DNA of 64,000 nt from Camelus dromedarius (GCF_036321535.1 NC_087437.1:22942001-23006000); one strand, 5' to 3'. Shown: positions 11,301 to 24,265, numbered from the stretch's first letter. Notes: a model not told the origin generated them from the sequence alone. Numbers and translations are program-made.

Positions 11301-13800
11301 TGTTACATTACATGTAAATAAGTAATATAGAACCTCATAATAGTGAACTACTTTATTTTTGCCATCATTGCTCTATATTGTGAAATGAGATTGCTTATAT
11401 TTCAAGTCCTGTTGGTTTTATGTAATTAAAACATTTGCTTTTTTTTTTTAACAGACTAATTTGAGATTGGGAACACTAGTCAAATTCATAGCAATGCATA
11501 AAAAATTACTCTGTTTCCTCCAAAATAGACTCTGTATTTTTCAAACTTATTTCCCTTCTCAGCATTCTCACAAAATTGAATGGCTCTCATCAACTATCAT
11601 TCTCTGATAGTTGCCTGGACGCACCAATCTTGGCTCAGTCTGTTATAGCAAGAGATTAAAGCAGGAGATTTTGGTCAGAACTCTGCATTTCAAACTGATA
11701 CTGTGTAGTCTTTTAAGCAATGAGATTTGTCTTCTTAAAGAAAGGAAAATGATTCCATATTTCTAATAATGCTATTGTTTCTTATACTTTGATGACTTTT
11801 TGTGCTCCAAACTTCTTGAATGGTAATCTTCATTTTTCTATATCTGGTAGGTCTTTCAATCTGGAGTTCTATTTGAATGGTTGTTCAGGGTGTTCGCAAG
11901 AGTTATATTTTGTTCTTGACTGGATTCTTGACTGGATTCTGGTTGAGAAATTGAATGGCACAAATATTGAAAGACTAGCTTTCTGTAGACATAATGGAGC
12001 AAGCAAAATGAAATCTCCCAAGGATAAAAGTGTAATGTCCTTTCCTTTTTATCTTTAAGGTACAGGCTTGTGCCACTTCGGACTTTCTAGCTGTGGGCAA
12101 AAAAAAAAAAGGAGCCAGGGTGAAGAGAAGAGTTTGTATTAAACATACCAAGAAGAAAAAACAGTGAGGGTATGGTGGAAAGGGAACTGAAATGCACCTC
12201 GGGCACAGACATTGCTGTCCCTACATTTTCTTTTGAGAATTATGTTGAATTTAAATCCTTTCAGTGTTAATGAGCATTGGAGGGTATTTATTTTTGTATT
12301 TAAAGAGTATTTTCTCAGAGTTTTTAGCATAGTTCGTAGGGGTGAGCTCTCAAACCTGGTTTTAACAAGACATGAAAACATCTGCATCAAACTGCAGAGA
12401 GGGATGATTCTGATAATCTAGGAGATTCAACACTATGTATGGATCTTTCTAGATATAAAAAAAATTATAGCAATTTTTATTTTTATTTTAATTTCCATGG
12501 CAACACACTAAAAGAGTCTAGCCAAGGTCTCTGAAACTAGAAAATAACATTTTCTTATCTGCCTCAACCAATTTAGTTCTTTCTATAGGTAACCTCAAGA
12601 CATAGAAATCTTGCTCATTGCCAAAACGTTTATTGAAGAAATTTTGGATAATTTAAAACTATATAAAGAAAAGAGTAAACAAGGAAAATAACTCATAATT
12701 CTAACCTGTAATTCATAATTTCTACCTTTCAGACCTTTGGGAACTGGTTTTTTTTTTTTTTTTTTTTTTTTTGTCTTTTCTCTCTCTTTGTACATAAATA
12801 CATTTAAAATAGTTGGGGCAACCTTAAAGTTTTAACTTTGTTTTTGTTCCCTTAATATTATACAATTTTTTTATATGATAATCAGTATTTCTCTATAATA
12901 TAAAAAGTGTACTGAACCAAGGCCAGGTCATTAATATGTAAAACAAAACCATAGAACCTTGGAAAACAACTAAAACCAAGAAATTTTTCATGGTATTTGA
13001 TTTGTTTCTCTGTAGATCATTGTATGTATAGGTGCTCAAAAATGTTTGTTGCATTAATATTTAATTTTAATTAAAAAAGGAAACTAGGCTAAAGGAATAA
13101 GGAGTGTTATTTTCACCTCTTTTCCCCCATTTATTATTTTGGATCTTCTGAGAAGCAGATACCAAGATGGGATTAGATTGCAAGAAATTTTTTGAAGGAA
13201 TCACCTGTGTTTTAGCCCCTTTGAGCTGCCATAACAGAATACCATAGACTAGGTGAATTATAGACAACAGAAATTTATTTCTCAGTTCTGGAGGCTGGGA
13301 AGTTTATATCAGAGTGCTGACAGAGTTGGTATCTGGTGAAGGCCCACTTCCTGGCTCATAGATGACTTACTTCTCACTGTCCTCAAATCACTGTGGAGGC
13401 AAAGGGAACTCTCTGGGTTCTCTTGTATAAGAGCACTGATCCCATTCGTGAGAGCTTTGCCCTTATGACCTAATCATCTTTCAAAGGCCCCTACTTCCTA
13501 ATACGTTATCACATTGGGGGGTTAAGATTTCTACATATGAATTTTGGAGCTACGTAACTATTTACTCTGTAGCATTCCACTGCTGGCCCCCCAAAATTCA
13601 TGTCCATGGAAAACACATTCATTCCATCTCAACAGCCCTGGTCCAGCATCAACTAAAGTATAAAGTTCAAAGTCTCGTCTGAATATCATCTAAATCAGAT
13701 ACGGGTGAGACTCAAATTTACAACTCAACCTGAAAAGCCAATTACCCAGCTGTGAGTCTGTGAAACCAAGCAAGTTATGTGCTTCCAAAATACAATGGTT

Positions 13801-13923
13801 GGGGGATGGTGGGTATAGCTCAGTGGTAGGGCACGTGCTTGACGTGTGCAAGATTCTGGGTTCAATCCCCAGTGCCTCCATTGGGGGAAAAATTAAAAAA
13901 CAAAATAAAACCTAAAGTAAAGC
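13801..13923 (+). mobile_element. tRNA-derived camelid SINE (Vic-1-like)
   Basis: gggtatagctcagtggtag (A box), gggttcaatccccag (B box), A-rich tail, degenerate TSD aaaatacaatggt/aaactataatgat. Confidence 0.9.
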
Positions 13924-15400
13924 AAACTATAATGATGGAGCTGGCATAGGACAGACATTTCCATTCCAAGAGGAAGAAACAGGAAAAAAGAGCTGGGCGA
14001 CTGATTCCAAGTCAGTCTAAACTCCGTGGCAAACTCCATGAGACCTTAAAAGTTTGTGAATATTTCTCATCGGCTCAATCCTTGAGGCCCACTGTGGCGG
14101 CAATGCCACCCCAGGCTCAGTAGGCAGGCCCTCCAGCAGCTCCCTGCCCAGACCCTGGGGCTCTCGCAGCTTGGAGTCCTGTGCCAGAGGCTCTGCTAGA
14201 GAGTCTTTGAAATCCAGGTGGAGGCAACCATATTCCTGAGGCCCATGTGGAGGCTGCCCAGATTTGCTGCCTGTGCTCTCCAGAGGGGCAGCCAAAGCAG
14301 CTTGTGCTGCATCGGGACCCCCAGGTATCAGTCTTTTGACTTTGAAACCACTTGGCCCTTCATGCATCACTGCCCCCCACCACCCTTGCACTTTGGGCTT
14401 GTGGTAGATCTGCAGCTCTGATGCTCTCTGAATTATCTTTGAGGTCATTCTTCCACTGACTTGGAGAATAGTACCTGGTTTCTATTGAGACAGACTAGGT
14501 CCATGGTTCATACTAAGACTAATCTCTTTATCAAATGGTCACTTGACTGCACCCTAGTCAGCTGCCTAACACGCTCTCTTGTTTTGCAATATCCAAACAC
14601 CTGAGAGTTTACCAAATCTCTAAGATTTAGTTTCTTTTTGCTTAACAATTCTGTTTTTCAGTCATTTCTCCTTCATCACATTTTACTATAAGCAGTCAGG
14701 GGAGCCAAGCTGTGCCTTCAACACTTTCCTTAGAAATCACTTCGACTAAATATCTGATTTCATCTCTCACAAGTCCTACCTTCCACAATTCAGCCAAGTT
14801 CTTTGCCATTTTATAACAAGGATTGCATTTTATCCATTGTCCAATAACATATCCCTCACTTCTGTCTGACACCTCATTTGGATAGCCTTGACTGTCCACC
14901 TTACTGCCAACACCCTGTTCCTGGTTAGTAGGTGATCTCCAGGAAGACTGAGGCTCCCCTGCAGCTCACCTCTCCTTTGTGAGCTCCCGGCACCATTGCT
15001 CTCAACAGCCTGCTTGCGACAATGAAAGCTCTTTCTAGCATGCACCTCAGAGCTCTTCCAGATTCTCCCTGTTACCCTGTTCCGAAGCTGCTTCCACATT
15101 TTCAGGTATTTGTTTCAGGAGCACCCCCACTTCTCAGTGCCAATTTCTGTCTTAGTCAGTGTGAGAATACTACAGACATGAGAAGCAGGGTTTATTAGAG
15201 TTCTGAGGGCTGGAAGTCTGAGGTCAGGTAGCCAGCGTGGTTGGGTTCTGGTAAGGAGCCTCTCCTAGTAAGGGTTGTGGATGGCTGTCTTTTCACTGTA
15301 TTGTCACATGGTGGGAGGAGTGATGGAGGTCCCTGGGGTTTTCTTTTACAACAGCACTAATCCCATTCATGAAGGCTCCGCCCTCATGATCTAATCATGC

Positions 15401-15891
15401 TGTTGGGAGATGGAGAAGGAATTTTGAGACCAAAAGACTCAGTGTGCAACTCCATTAAGTGCAACTATGAAGTTGTGGGTAAGTTACATACAAGTAGGAA
15501 GGATCAGGTGGGCAGGCAGAAGATCCAGAGGCATTTGCAGCTGCCTTCTGACCACTGAAGGGCATACAGTGTGGCTGAAAGGGGCCAAAGCTAAACATAG
15601 AATCTGACTACCGAGTGAAAAGCTTGTCTGCACCAACTGGACCCAGGCTTTTTTTCTTTCCCCTCAACGGACTCAATGACCATTAACCTCCTGTATCAGA
15701 AAAAGGCACTCTTCCAGTTTTCATATCAGATGAAGGCAAGGGTAAAAGTTGATGGGAAACTTATCTGGCTTGGGCACATTCCTTGTGAGTAGGCTAAAGC
15801 TCAGTTACACCACGAGGAGAGAGCGTAGGACTGTGGGTCTTAGATGGAGCTGACAAATGGAGCCAGAGTGGTTTAGACACTCCTACCCACA
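15401..15891 (-). mobile_element. ERVL-class solo LTR (possibly MER73/MER54 group) inserted in the MLT1A 5' LTR
   Basis: About 490-bp TG...CA-bounded block that interrupts the MLT1A LTR between ctaatca and aaggtcttgcc. Family and strand are tentative. Confidence 0.5.
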
Positions 15892-16379
15892 AAGGTCTTG
15901 CCTTCTAATACCATCACATTTGGGGTTAGTATTTCAACATATGGATGTGGGGGCATAAACATTCAGTTTATGGCAACGTGTAGGGGAAAAGTGGGAGGGA
16001 GCTGGAAGAGGCTGAGAGAGCTGTAAGACCCACGGGGGACTGGCCTTGGTGAAGGAGAGAGGGAAGGAAAGAGGACTGGTAGGTGGAGCCTCACGCTGCA
16101 GTGCGGTTCTAAGAATTTAGCAAGAAGTCCTGGAGTCAAATTTGTCTCCCAGAAGAGGGCCACATTTTGCAGGAAGGGACCTGCCTTAGTAGTCCTACCA
16201 CACCAGTCGTTGGCTGAGAGAAGCCTGGGGAAGTGTGGCCTTGGTGCTAACACAGTGGTGGATTCAGAGCACCTGAGCCTTCAGTCCTTATGCCCCTGCA
16301 GCAGGAGGTCCTACTGATGCATTTTAATGGACACTGCCTCCCAAAGTTGCTGGGTTTTACTATAAAAGTTAAAACTGGT

Positions 16380-16830
16380 ATCAGCATCTACCTTATCTCC
16401 CAACCTAAAAATCTTAGCATAGTAAGTGACTTTTTAAGTCTTCAATTTTTTGTAATTAGCTTTCAAATATTTTCCTTCTTGTTCATCTCCACTACTATCA
16501 CAGTGTGTCAGGTCCTTGACAGTTCTCATGCAGATGATTACAGCCAACTGGTCTCTCTTGCCTCCAGTCACTAACTACCTCAGCAGTTCACTCTACATGG
16601 CCACATATATTCCTAAAACATGACCCACTCTCTTTGTTATAATCAATTCATTATTCTCAGTTACCTTCAGGACAGACTCAGATTTTGATGCAAATTCCAA
16701 AGATGCAAACCCCTTTCCAATCTCAGCTCGTGGCGTTTAATACATCCATGCCTTGGACCACGTTCTTCTCTATCCTGGAGTTCCCTTTCCGTGCTGTCCT
16801 CTCATGCACTTAAACTTACTCCCACACCCC
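16380..16830 (+). mobile_element. L2 LINE fragment (probably continues at about 17610-17800)
   Basis: ttcatctccactactatcac, caactggtctctcttgcctccagtc, ttcactctacatggcc. Confidence 0.55.
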
Positions 16831-16892
16831 TAGAAGGATTAAGAAATACTAGGATTTTGTCATATTCCCTTCAAAGCTTTTGTATATCTATG

Positions 16893-17600
16893 TTGAGATA
16901 TAATTCACATTTCATAAAATCTACCTATTTAAAGTGTTCAATTCAGTAGCCTTTAATATATCCATAATCGATTTTAGAAAACTTTCATCACTCCAAAAGG
17001 AAACATCATATCCACTAGCAATATTTCTCCATTTTTCCTCTCACCAGTTCTTGGCAACCACTAACCTACTTTCTGTCTCTATAGATTTGCCTGTTATGCG
17101 CATTTCATATAAACAGAATCATTCAGTATGCGGCATTTTGTGATTTACCTTTTTCACTTTGCATATTTTCAAGGTTCATCCGTATTATAGTATGTATCAG
17201 TACTTCATTTTATTATCCAATAATATCCCATTGTATGGACATCACATTTTATTTATCCATTCATCTGTTGAGGGGCATTTGGGTTGTTATCATTTTGGGG
17301 CTATTATTAACATTTGTATACAGGTTTTCGTGTGGACTTGTGTTTTCACTTCTCTTTGTTGTATACATACAAGTGATATTACTGTGTCATGTGGTAACTC
17401 TATGCTTAACTTTTTGAGGAACTGCCAAACTGTTTCTAAAACCTCTGCATCATTTAAAATTCCCACCAGCAGTGTACAAGCATCCCAGTTTCTCTATTTC
17501 TTCACCAACACTTGTATTATCTTTCTTTTTTATTAGCCATCCTAGTGGGTGTGAAGTCATGTCTCAAAGTTTTAAGTTGCATTTTCTTAATGGCTTAACA
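16893..17600 (-). mobile_element. L1 3' end (L1MB-like)
   Basis: ttgagatataattcacat, ggcaaccactaacctactttctgtctctatagatttgcct, tttttgaggaactgccaaactgtt. Confidence 0.85.
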
Positions 17601-17884
17601 TGATTATTAAAAATAAAACCCAGCTATCATCTCTTAGGCCTTCTTTGATTCCCTGGGTCAGCTCCCTTCTTTGTATTCCCATGGCTTTCTGTACATGTCA
17701 CTATTTCCACACCTATTATGTTGGACAGTCACCAGAGCAATTCATTCTCAAACTTTGAGCTCATTTAGGGCAGAGATTGATCTTTTATCCATTCTTCAGT
17801 TTAATCTAGACCTCATTTCTCCAATGTGATTGAGAATAGACTGATCTCAATATACGGAGCACATTCTTTATATATATATATACA

Positions 17885-18405
17885 CATACACACATCACAT
17901 CTTCTTTATCCATTCATCTGTTGATGGGCACTTGGGTTGCTTCTGTACCTTGGCTATTGCAAACAGTGCTGCTGTGAATGTTGTGGAGGCAGCTATCTGT
18001 TCAAATTAGTGTTTTTATTTTTCTTTTCTGGATATATACCCAGGAGTAGAATTGCTGGAGCATATGGAACTTCTGTATTTAATTTTTTGAGGAACTACCA
18101 TATTGTTTTCCACAGTGGTTACATCATTTTACATTCCCACCAACTAACTATACACAAGTGTTCCAGTTTTTCCACATCCTGTCAACACTTGTTATTTTCT
18201 GTTTGGATTTTGATAGTAGCCATCTTAATGGGTACGAGGTGGTATTTCATGATGGCTTTAATGTGCATTTCCCTAATGATTAGTGATGTTATGCATCTTT
18301 TCATGTGCTTGTTGGCCATTTATATATGTTCTTTGGAGAAATGTCTATTCAAGTCTTTTGCCTATTTTAAAAATCAGGTTGTTTATTTTTTGTTGTTGTT
18401 GAATG
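17885..18405 (-). mobile_element. L1 fragment (L1MA/MB-like, ORF2 end)
   Basis: ctttatccattcatctgttgatgggcac, ggatatatacccaggagtagaattgctgg, ttctttggagaaatgtctattcaag. Confidence 0.85.
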
Positions 18406-18691
18406 GGAATCATTTTCAATGGTTCTATAAAGCAGAAATTCTCAATTTTTTTGACAAGGGTGGATGCACTTCCGATGAAGTACAAAATTCTTGTGTCCCT
18501 AAATTATAGCATTTAACCACAAGCTGGTTTGTACCATGGCTAATTATCCTCAGTTGAACAAATGGAGTGCAAGGAAAGGTCATATTATTGATTCTATCGG
18601 ATAAATCTAAAGTTCCTGGGAGGATAAGTAGTGCATCAGAGTCCAAGGGGGGAAGATAAGAATGCATGATTACTTCAGAAAAGCTTTAGGT

Positions 18692-19202
18692 GTTTCCAGT
18701 ATTTATTTCTGTAACAAACCAACCCCAAATTGAGTGGTTTCACACAACAACCATTTAATTTCTCAAGATTGTGTGGCTTGGCACAGTGGTTCTTCTACTA
18801 GTCTTCTCTGGGCTCACTCAGGTTGCTGCATTCAGCTGGCAGCCCGGCTGGGTGAGAGGTCCAAGCTGGCTTTACCCACACCATTATGTCTGGGGACTTG
18901 CTGAGGATGCTTTGGAGCCTGGGAACATTCCCTGTCCACACGGTAATTCATCATTCACCCCAGCTTCTTTACGTGGTGTTTGGCTTCCAAGAAGGAAAAA
19001 ACAGAGGTTGTAAGTTCTCCTAAGACATAAATCCAAAAAATGAAAAAGCATCAAAGTCAAAATAAGTCAGAGGGCCAGCCCAACTTTAAGTGGGGGGGAA
19101 ATAGACACCCATCTCTTAATGAGAAGAGGGCACAATTATATTAGTGAAAGAGCATGGGGATGTGAGGGGTCATTGTCATCTTCCTGGGACATAATCTATC
19201 AT
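18692..19202 (-). mobile_element. MLT1 (older H/J-like) MaLR LTR, flanked by hAT/MER5-like ends (about 18430 and 19205-19261)
   Basis: tgtaacaaaccaaccccaaattgagtggttt..acaacaaccattta, ctgggctcactcaggttgctgcattcagctgg; flanks gcagaaattctcaa and ggtttgagaatcaccactg. Confidence 0.7.
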
Positions 19203-20330
19203 GCCAGGTGACTCTGAGGTCTCCTTAGGGACAGGACTCCTTGGTTTGAGAATCACCACTGTGTAAGCTCAATTACTCCAATGACTGTTCTATTGTATTT
19301 CTCTCTCTCCTCCACAGCTGCAGTGATTCTCTGTCTACTCCTTATAGTCAGTAGGAACAAGAACGATACAAGTAGGAACATGCCATGGGAGTGCATGAAA
19401 CTGTAGTAACAGATCTGTAAACACAGTATCAAGACTGTGGGAACAGAAGTAGTTCCAAAGAATGTCTTTTTGTTTGTTTGTTTGGCTTTTTTTAAAGTTG
19501 TCTGTCTATAATATTAATAAAAACCCATTTTTCATGTAAGAAGGTAGGTAGATAGCTCTTGACCCAGAATTGGTAGAACATTCATTTTGAGTTCTTTTTA
19601 TTGATTCACTCACAACCCTACACTGATAGGCCTCGTGGCCCACAAAACACATTTACGAAGCAGCTGCCTGGGTCAGGTGCGGATTAGCTGACAAACTGCA
19701 CGAAACAAACCTACCCACGCAAAGGTTTGCAGTCCTTACCCACTTTATGAGAAGCAGAGTAGTGGGGAGAGCAGAAAGAACCCAAGATCTAGACCTACTT
19801 TTAGTGCCAAGTTATGGTATAACCTTGCCCACGTCAACTAAGGGGTCCTGAGCTTCATTGTCCTCATTTATAGACTTACAATACACGTCTCAGTGTTGGG
19901 AAAACCAAATAAAGTGACCCGAATAACAGCCGGCAGTTGTGCTACTTGCTAGCACAAATATAGAAACTGGCATCCAGAGCAAGTAAACCAGACAGAAAGG
20001 TTCTGTCAATACATTATTGTACATTGAGCTCTGATGCTGGCCTATTACACCTAAAAGCAATTTCCAGGTGTTTTTTCTGTTTGTATTTGGCCTCTACTCA
20101 TTCTGATTAAGTGATGGCTGCGATTCCTGCTGTGGTTGCTCAGACAAGTCAAGTTTGGTTGCACTGGTGAATGTACAATGAAAATCTAAAGGAAATGGAA
20201 GTGTATTGAGCAACTATATGATCCAAGGTGGTGCTCTGGGAAAGGGCTTGAACCAGCCTGGAGAGGGGACCAGAGACTGTGAAGAGCCTCTGGGGGTTGA
20301 AAAAAATAAAGATGAGAGGATCCAAAATGT

Positions 20331-20500
20331 AAAAAGAAAGAAAGAAAGGAAGAAAGGAAGGAAGGAAGGGAGGGAGAGAGAGAGAAAGGGAGAAAGGGAA
20401 GAAGGGAGGAAGGGAGGGAGAGAGAGAGAAAGGGAGAAAGGGAAGAAGGGAGGAAGGGAGGGAGGAAGGGAGGAAGGGAGGAAGGAAGGAAATGGAAGGA
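20331..20500 (+). repeat. Polypurine GA-rich low-complexity repeat (GAAA/GGAA/GGGA)
   Basis: About 170 bp almost purely purine. Confidence 0.95.
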
Positions 20501-20744
20501 TGTAAATCAGTTTGTAAAATTCTATCTTACTATTCATCACAAGCACACCATATTGTTATTTTGTGTTTGTGTCCAATTTTTCAATTAGATTGGTTTGCTT
20601 TTGAGGGCAGAATTTGGGCGCTTCTGCTATTTGGATCTCCTGTATCTGCACCAGCCTCTTATTAAAATTTGGTGATGATCCAAGTAACTTACTGATAAAA
20701 TGTGGCACAGTTCTCCTAAACTGTATGTGATATTTAGGTAGTAA

Positions 20745-21158
20745 TGTCTTGGTTGAATTGTGTCTACTCCAAATTCATAGTTTGAAGTACTAACCCCCAG
20801 CATGTGACCTTATGTGGAGATAGAATCTTTATAGAGATAATCAAATTAAAACAAGGTCAGTAGGGTGGGCCCTAATCCAACATGACTGGTGTCCTTATAA
20901 AAAGGGGAAACTTGGACATGGAGATGCACATAGAGGTAGGAAAATGTGAAGAGACAGAGGGAGAATACAGCCATCTACAAGCCAAGGAAAGGGGCCTGGA
21001 ACAGATACTTCCCTCACAGCCCTCAGATGGAACCAACCCTGCTGACACCTTGATTTTAGATTTCTAGCCTCCATAACTATGAGACAACACATTTCTGCTG
21101 TGTAAGCCACATTATCTGTAGTACTTTGTTAGGCAGCTCTAGCAAACTAACTAATACA
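20745..21158 (+). mobile_element. MLT1B/C-like MaLR solo LTR
   Basis: ggttgaattgtgtc, agggtgggccctaatccaa.atgactggtgtccttataaaaagggg, aaccaaccctgctgacaccttgatttt, end aactaataca. Confidence 0.9.
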
Positions 21159-22899
21159 TGTCTTAGGAAAATGGACAGGGCTCTGCCCAGCACAGCTTGT
21201 TATATTCAGAGGAGTTGTATATTGCTGGTGAACTCATTGGTGATAATCACAATGATAAATACAAATTAGGGAAGTTTTGTACCCTCTTGTGAGGCCTCTG
21301 TGCAGCTTCTCCTGCTGTCCTATTTGGTAGGTGTTTGGAAAACAAGAAATAAAGATCCATCTGAACTATCTTTCTCATCTAAGAGAAAAGTTGGCAACTC
21401 AGTGATGGTTCTCATTTCCAATTTGGATTACATTCCTTTCTCTAAGAATCCTTTTTAATCACAGGGACAGCTTTTTGGCGAATGGATGGAATATGTGTTT
21501 CATAGTGACAGCAAACATTACTTGCTGAGTTGCTATCAGTGTGCGCAATTTGCATTGATGTGATCTTCTGCATGATAACAAGATAGAATGATGAGTGGTG
21601 GAAATCTATTATTTACTCATATGATAACCTGTACAAAGGTGTAGTTAACCAGGCTTTGGGGTAGTAAATGGGGACCTTTGGACACCATAACAAGGCCTCT
21701 TATTCCAGGTAATTTTGAGCCGTAACAGTGGGGCGACAACTGGCATTTTGGGTAGATCTTAGTGTTATTTTATTTTTGAGACTTTGAAGGTATCTCTTTC
21801 TATCCCTTTTCCCTTGTTGCAGTGAATATCTATTAAATGCCATGAAAATTTATGCTTGAGCTGGCTAAGGACATGTTGAATGAGATGAGTATCTGTGAAA
21901 CCTCCTGAGGATAATTTCATTATCAAATTCAGAGTCTAATTACTAGTCTAGTTATGTTTAAAGGCGTGGATAGCAATACTTTTTTTATTCTGTATAACTG
22001 TTACAGAAAACTAGTTACTCACTAGTTTTTAAGAAAATAAAATTGTGAGAATGTCAAAGCTTGTGGAACCCCAGTGAAAATGACACAAATTCTTCTTGCC
22101 TGGGCTTGCATAATCACCAGGCTTTAGTAAGGAAAGACATATTGTTGTAGCTTTTCTAATAAATAAACAAGTAAGTAAATAAATAGGCATGTGTGCACAG
22201 GTGTGTACACATTATAAGCTGTAAGAATGATGTAGAAATTCACTGGATCATGATTCTAAAATCTGTCCAAAATTTCTTTGAGGGAAAGGAGTGATCAGGC
22301 AGCAGTGTGAGAATGGAAAGAAACACTTTGTGAAAAGCCACTGGGCTATAGTTGTGGGTTAGAAGTATATTCAGCCAGAACATCTGCTATCCTTCAGTTC
22401 TGTTTTTACTTAGGAAAAACCTATGCTGAGGCTAGTACAATGAGATAAATTTTTCTCTCCTCCTGCAGGTCCTTTGGATAAGCTAGTTTAGAAATAGCAG
22501 TGTTTGGACCCTATAACTAATCATGAAATGTGGTAATTAGATTTTCTGGAAAGATGCTGTAAGGAGTGAGATGATAGATATGAAAACACTATAGGTTCCT
22601 AAGGAGAAAGTTACTACTAGAGTGGGTTTCTTTATACATTTGAGTAACTCACTTTTCCTAGCTTTAAACTTAACGTGTGTGCACTATTAATTAAGGAATT
22701 GTGGCTTTGTTTTTAGAGGAAAAAAAAGTTAAGTGTTCAATTTTAAATAATAAGAAAATGCCCACAAAAAAAGTCAAATCAAGAGTAAGGATTCATCTTG
22801 TAAGAGAGAACAGAAGTGTCTGGAGAGATTCTATTTTATTTTGTCACTGTTGAGGTGAAAACGAGACTGGAACGGTCAGCATATCAGCAGGTTGTTCAC

Positions 22900-23085
22900 A
22901 CGCTAGTGCGAGATAGTGAGCTTTGGGGTAAACAGACCTTGGCCATTGGCTAGCTGTCTGGATTTGGGCAGGCTATTTAACTTTTTCGAGCCTCAATTTA
23001 CTCAGCTATAAAAAGGGGATAATTTTTGTCTTATCCATGCTCAAATGGCATCCTAAAAGCACTTGGCTGTTAGTAGGGGCTCAAG
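22900..23085 (+). mobile_element. MIR SINE
   Basis: ttgggcaggctatttaactttttcgagcctcaatttactcagctataaaaagggga. Confidence 0.6.
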
Positions 23086-24144
23086 AGCTGGCTTTGGGCC
23101 CTTCTTGAGCTGAGTCTTACATCCTTGGTGGGAAACACTTTAGAATGAGAGGAAAAGCTATAGAATGGTTCCTGTGAAGTGGCATTTAAACAAAGAAAAA
23201 ACTTTCCAAATTCACTTTATTCACCGGAATAGTCAGAGGATTGCCTTGTGAAACTCTAGAGTATTTAAACTTTCTCTTTTGTATTGGGACCACTTCAGTC
23301 TCTGATAAGAATGCTTATTTCCAGGAAGGCATCTAGATCTAATTCAAAAGATAAGGGGCAGATCTCTGACAGAAAATTGCCGTCTAATGGCAGAATTTTC
23401 CATTTGTTCAGTATAACTTATTTCAGTCTTTCACATTAGTATGGTCTTTGAAACATCAGAGTCTGACAAAACTCCAAGAGGCAATTTTTGGATACAATGT
23501 ATGTCTGGCAGAACAACTTATATGATATATTTAACTGTATAAATTAATATTGTTTCTTCGAAAATGGAGATTTTTAGCTGTTCTTAGAGTCTCTCCTCCC
23601 CTGACCCCCACCCTCCTTTGTCTTTTTCTATAACAGCATTTTTGTAATTTAATCAAGTTGCAAGCATCCCCTGAACAAAGATAGACCATCACAAGTAAGT
23701 TTGTGATTTGGCTCTTACTGCAGACTCATTAGTCTTAATTTGATTGTCTTCATCTCTCCTTAGAGATTCTACCAAAAAGATAGGCTTCCTAGGGAAACAG
23801 AGTTGAGACGTTATAGACATTGGGTTTATGTGGGAGTTGCTGGAGGGTAGTGTCTCTTACAACACTTACTGTGTTTAGCTGTAGCAGAACATCACACCAA
23901 GCCGCATCCTTACTCACCCCTGGGCATCATTTGCTTATTTGAATATAAAGAAGAAAGAACAACTTTTGGATTTTTTTTCTCAGTATAAGACTGGTTCAAG
24001 TAACTATTTTTCAAGGTGTTTATATAAGTCGCTGAATATACACAATATAACTTTTATTTTTAGGAAAAATATTATAAGCATCCTCTTATTTAGGTGGGTA
24101 TAGCTGCAGCATTATTCATAATTCTCTATTCCAATCTTTTCTAA

Positions 24145-24265
24145 TCCTTGATAAAAAAGAGACTCAGAGGTTTGAGTGATTTGTACAGGGTGTGAAGTTG
24201 AGCCAGTGACAGAGCCAGAACTCAAATCTGAAAGTCTCACGCCAATGCCCTTTCCTGGGAACCAC
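24145..24265 (-). mobile_element. MIR SINE fragment
   Basis: gagactcagaggtttgagtgatttg...agtgacagagccagaactcaaatc. Confidence 0.55.

Larger units (their letters stand above)
13208..15975 (-). mobile_element. Full-length MLT1A-type MaLR: 3' LTR 13208-13574, internal 13575-15147, 5' LTR 15148-15975 (interrupted)
   Basis: Two similar LTRs (both carry cccattc.tga..gct..gccct.atga.ctaatca and atcacatt.gggg.t.ag.atttc.acatatg); internal start gaaattggcactgagaagtgggg on minus; MaLR ORF remnant VIGQWIKCNPCYKMAKNLAELW; 5-bp TSD acctg/acgtg. Confidence 0.85.
13135..16340 (-). mobile_element. LTR16-like ERVL solo LTR split into 13135-13207 and 15976-16340 by the MLT1A provirus
   Basis: Left half gaagcagataccaagatggg...tgcaagaaa; right half ctgcagtgcggttctaagaa...accacaccagtcgttggctg. 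Similar to the unsplit copy at 34260-34689. Confidence 0.65.

Noticed and set aside
13801..13880. tRNA gene
   Set aside because: A and B boxes are present, but an A-rich tail, a TSD and two sibling copies in the window identify it as a tRNA-derived SINE.
14017..15099. ORFs of 143, 67 and 89 aa as a gene
   Set aside because: Frameshifted remnants of the MaLR internal ORF.
17937..18509. 190-aa ORF (longest in the track), and 17159-17536
   Set aside because: Antisense reading of L1 sequence; not a host protein.
20206..20546. Charged and hydrophobic ORFs on both strands
   Set aside because: Products of the GA-rich simple repeat.
21580..21660. C/D box snoRNA (ATGATGA), also at about 28710
   Set aside because: No properly placed CTGA D box or terminal stem.
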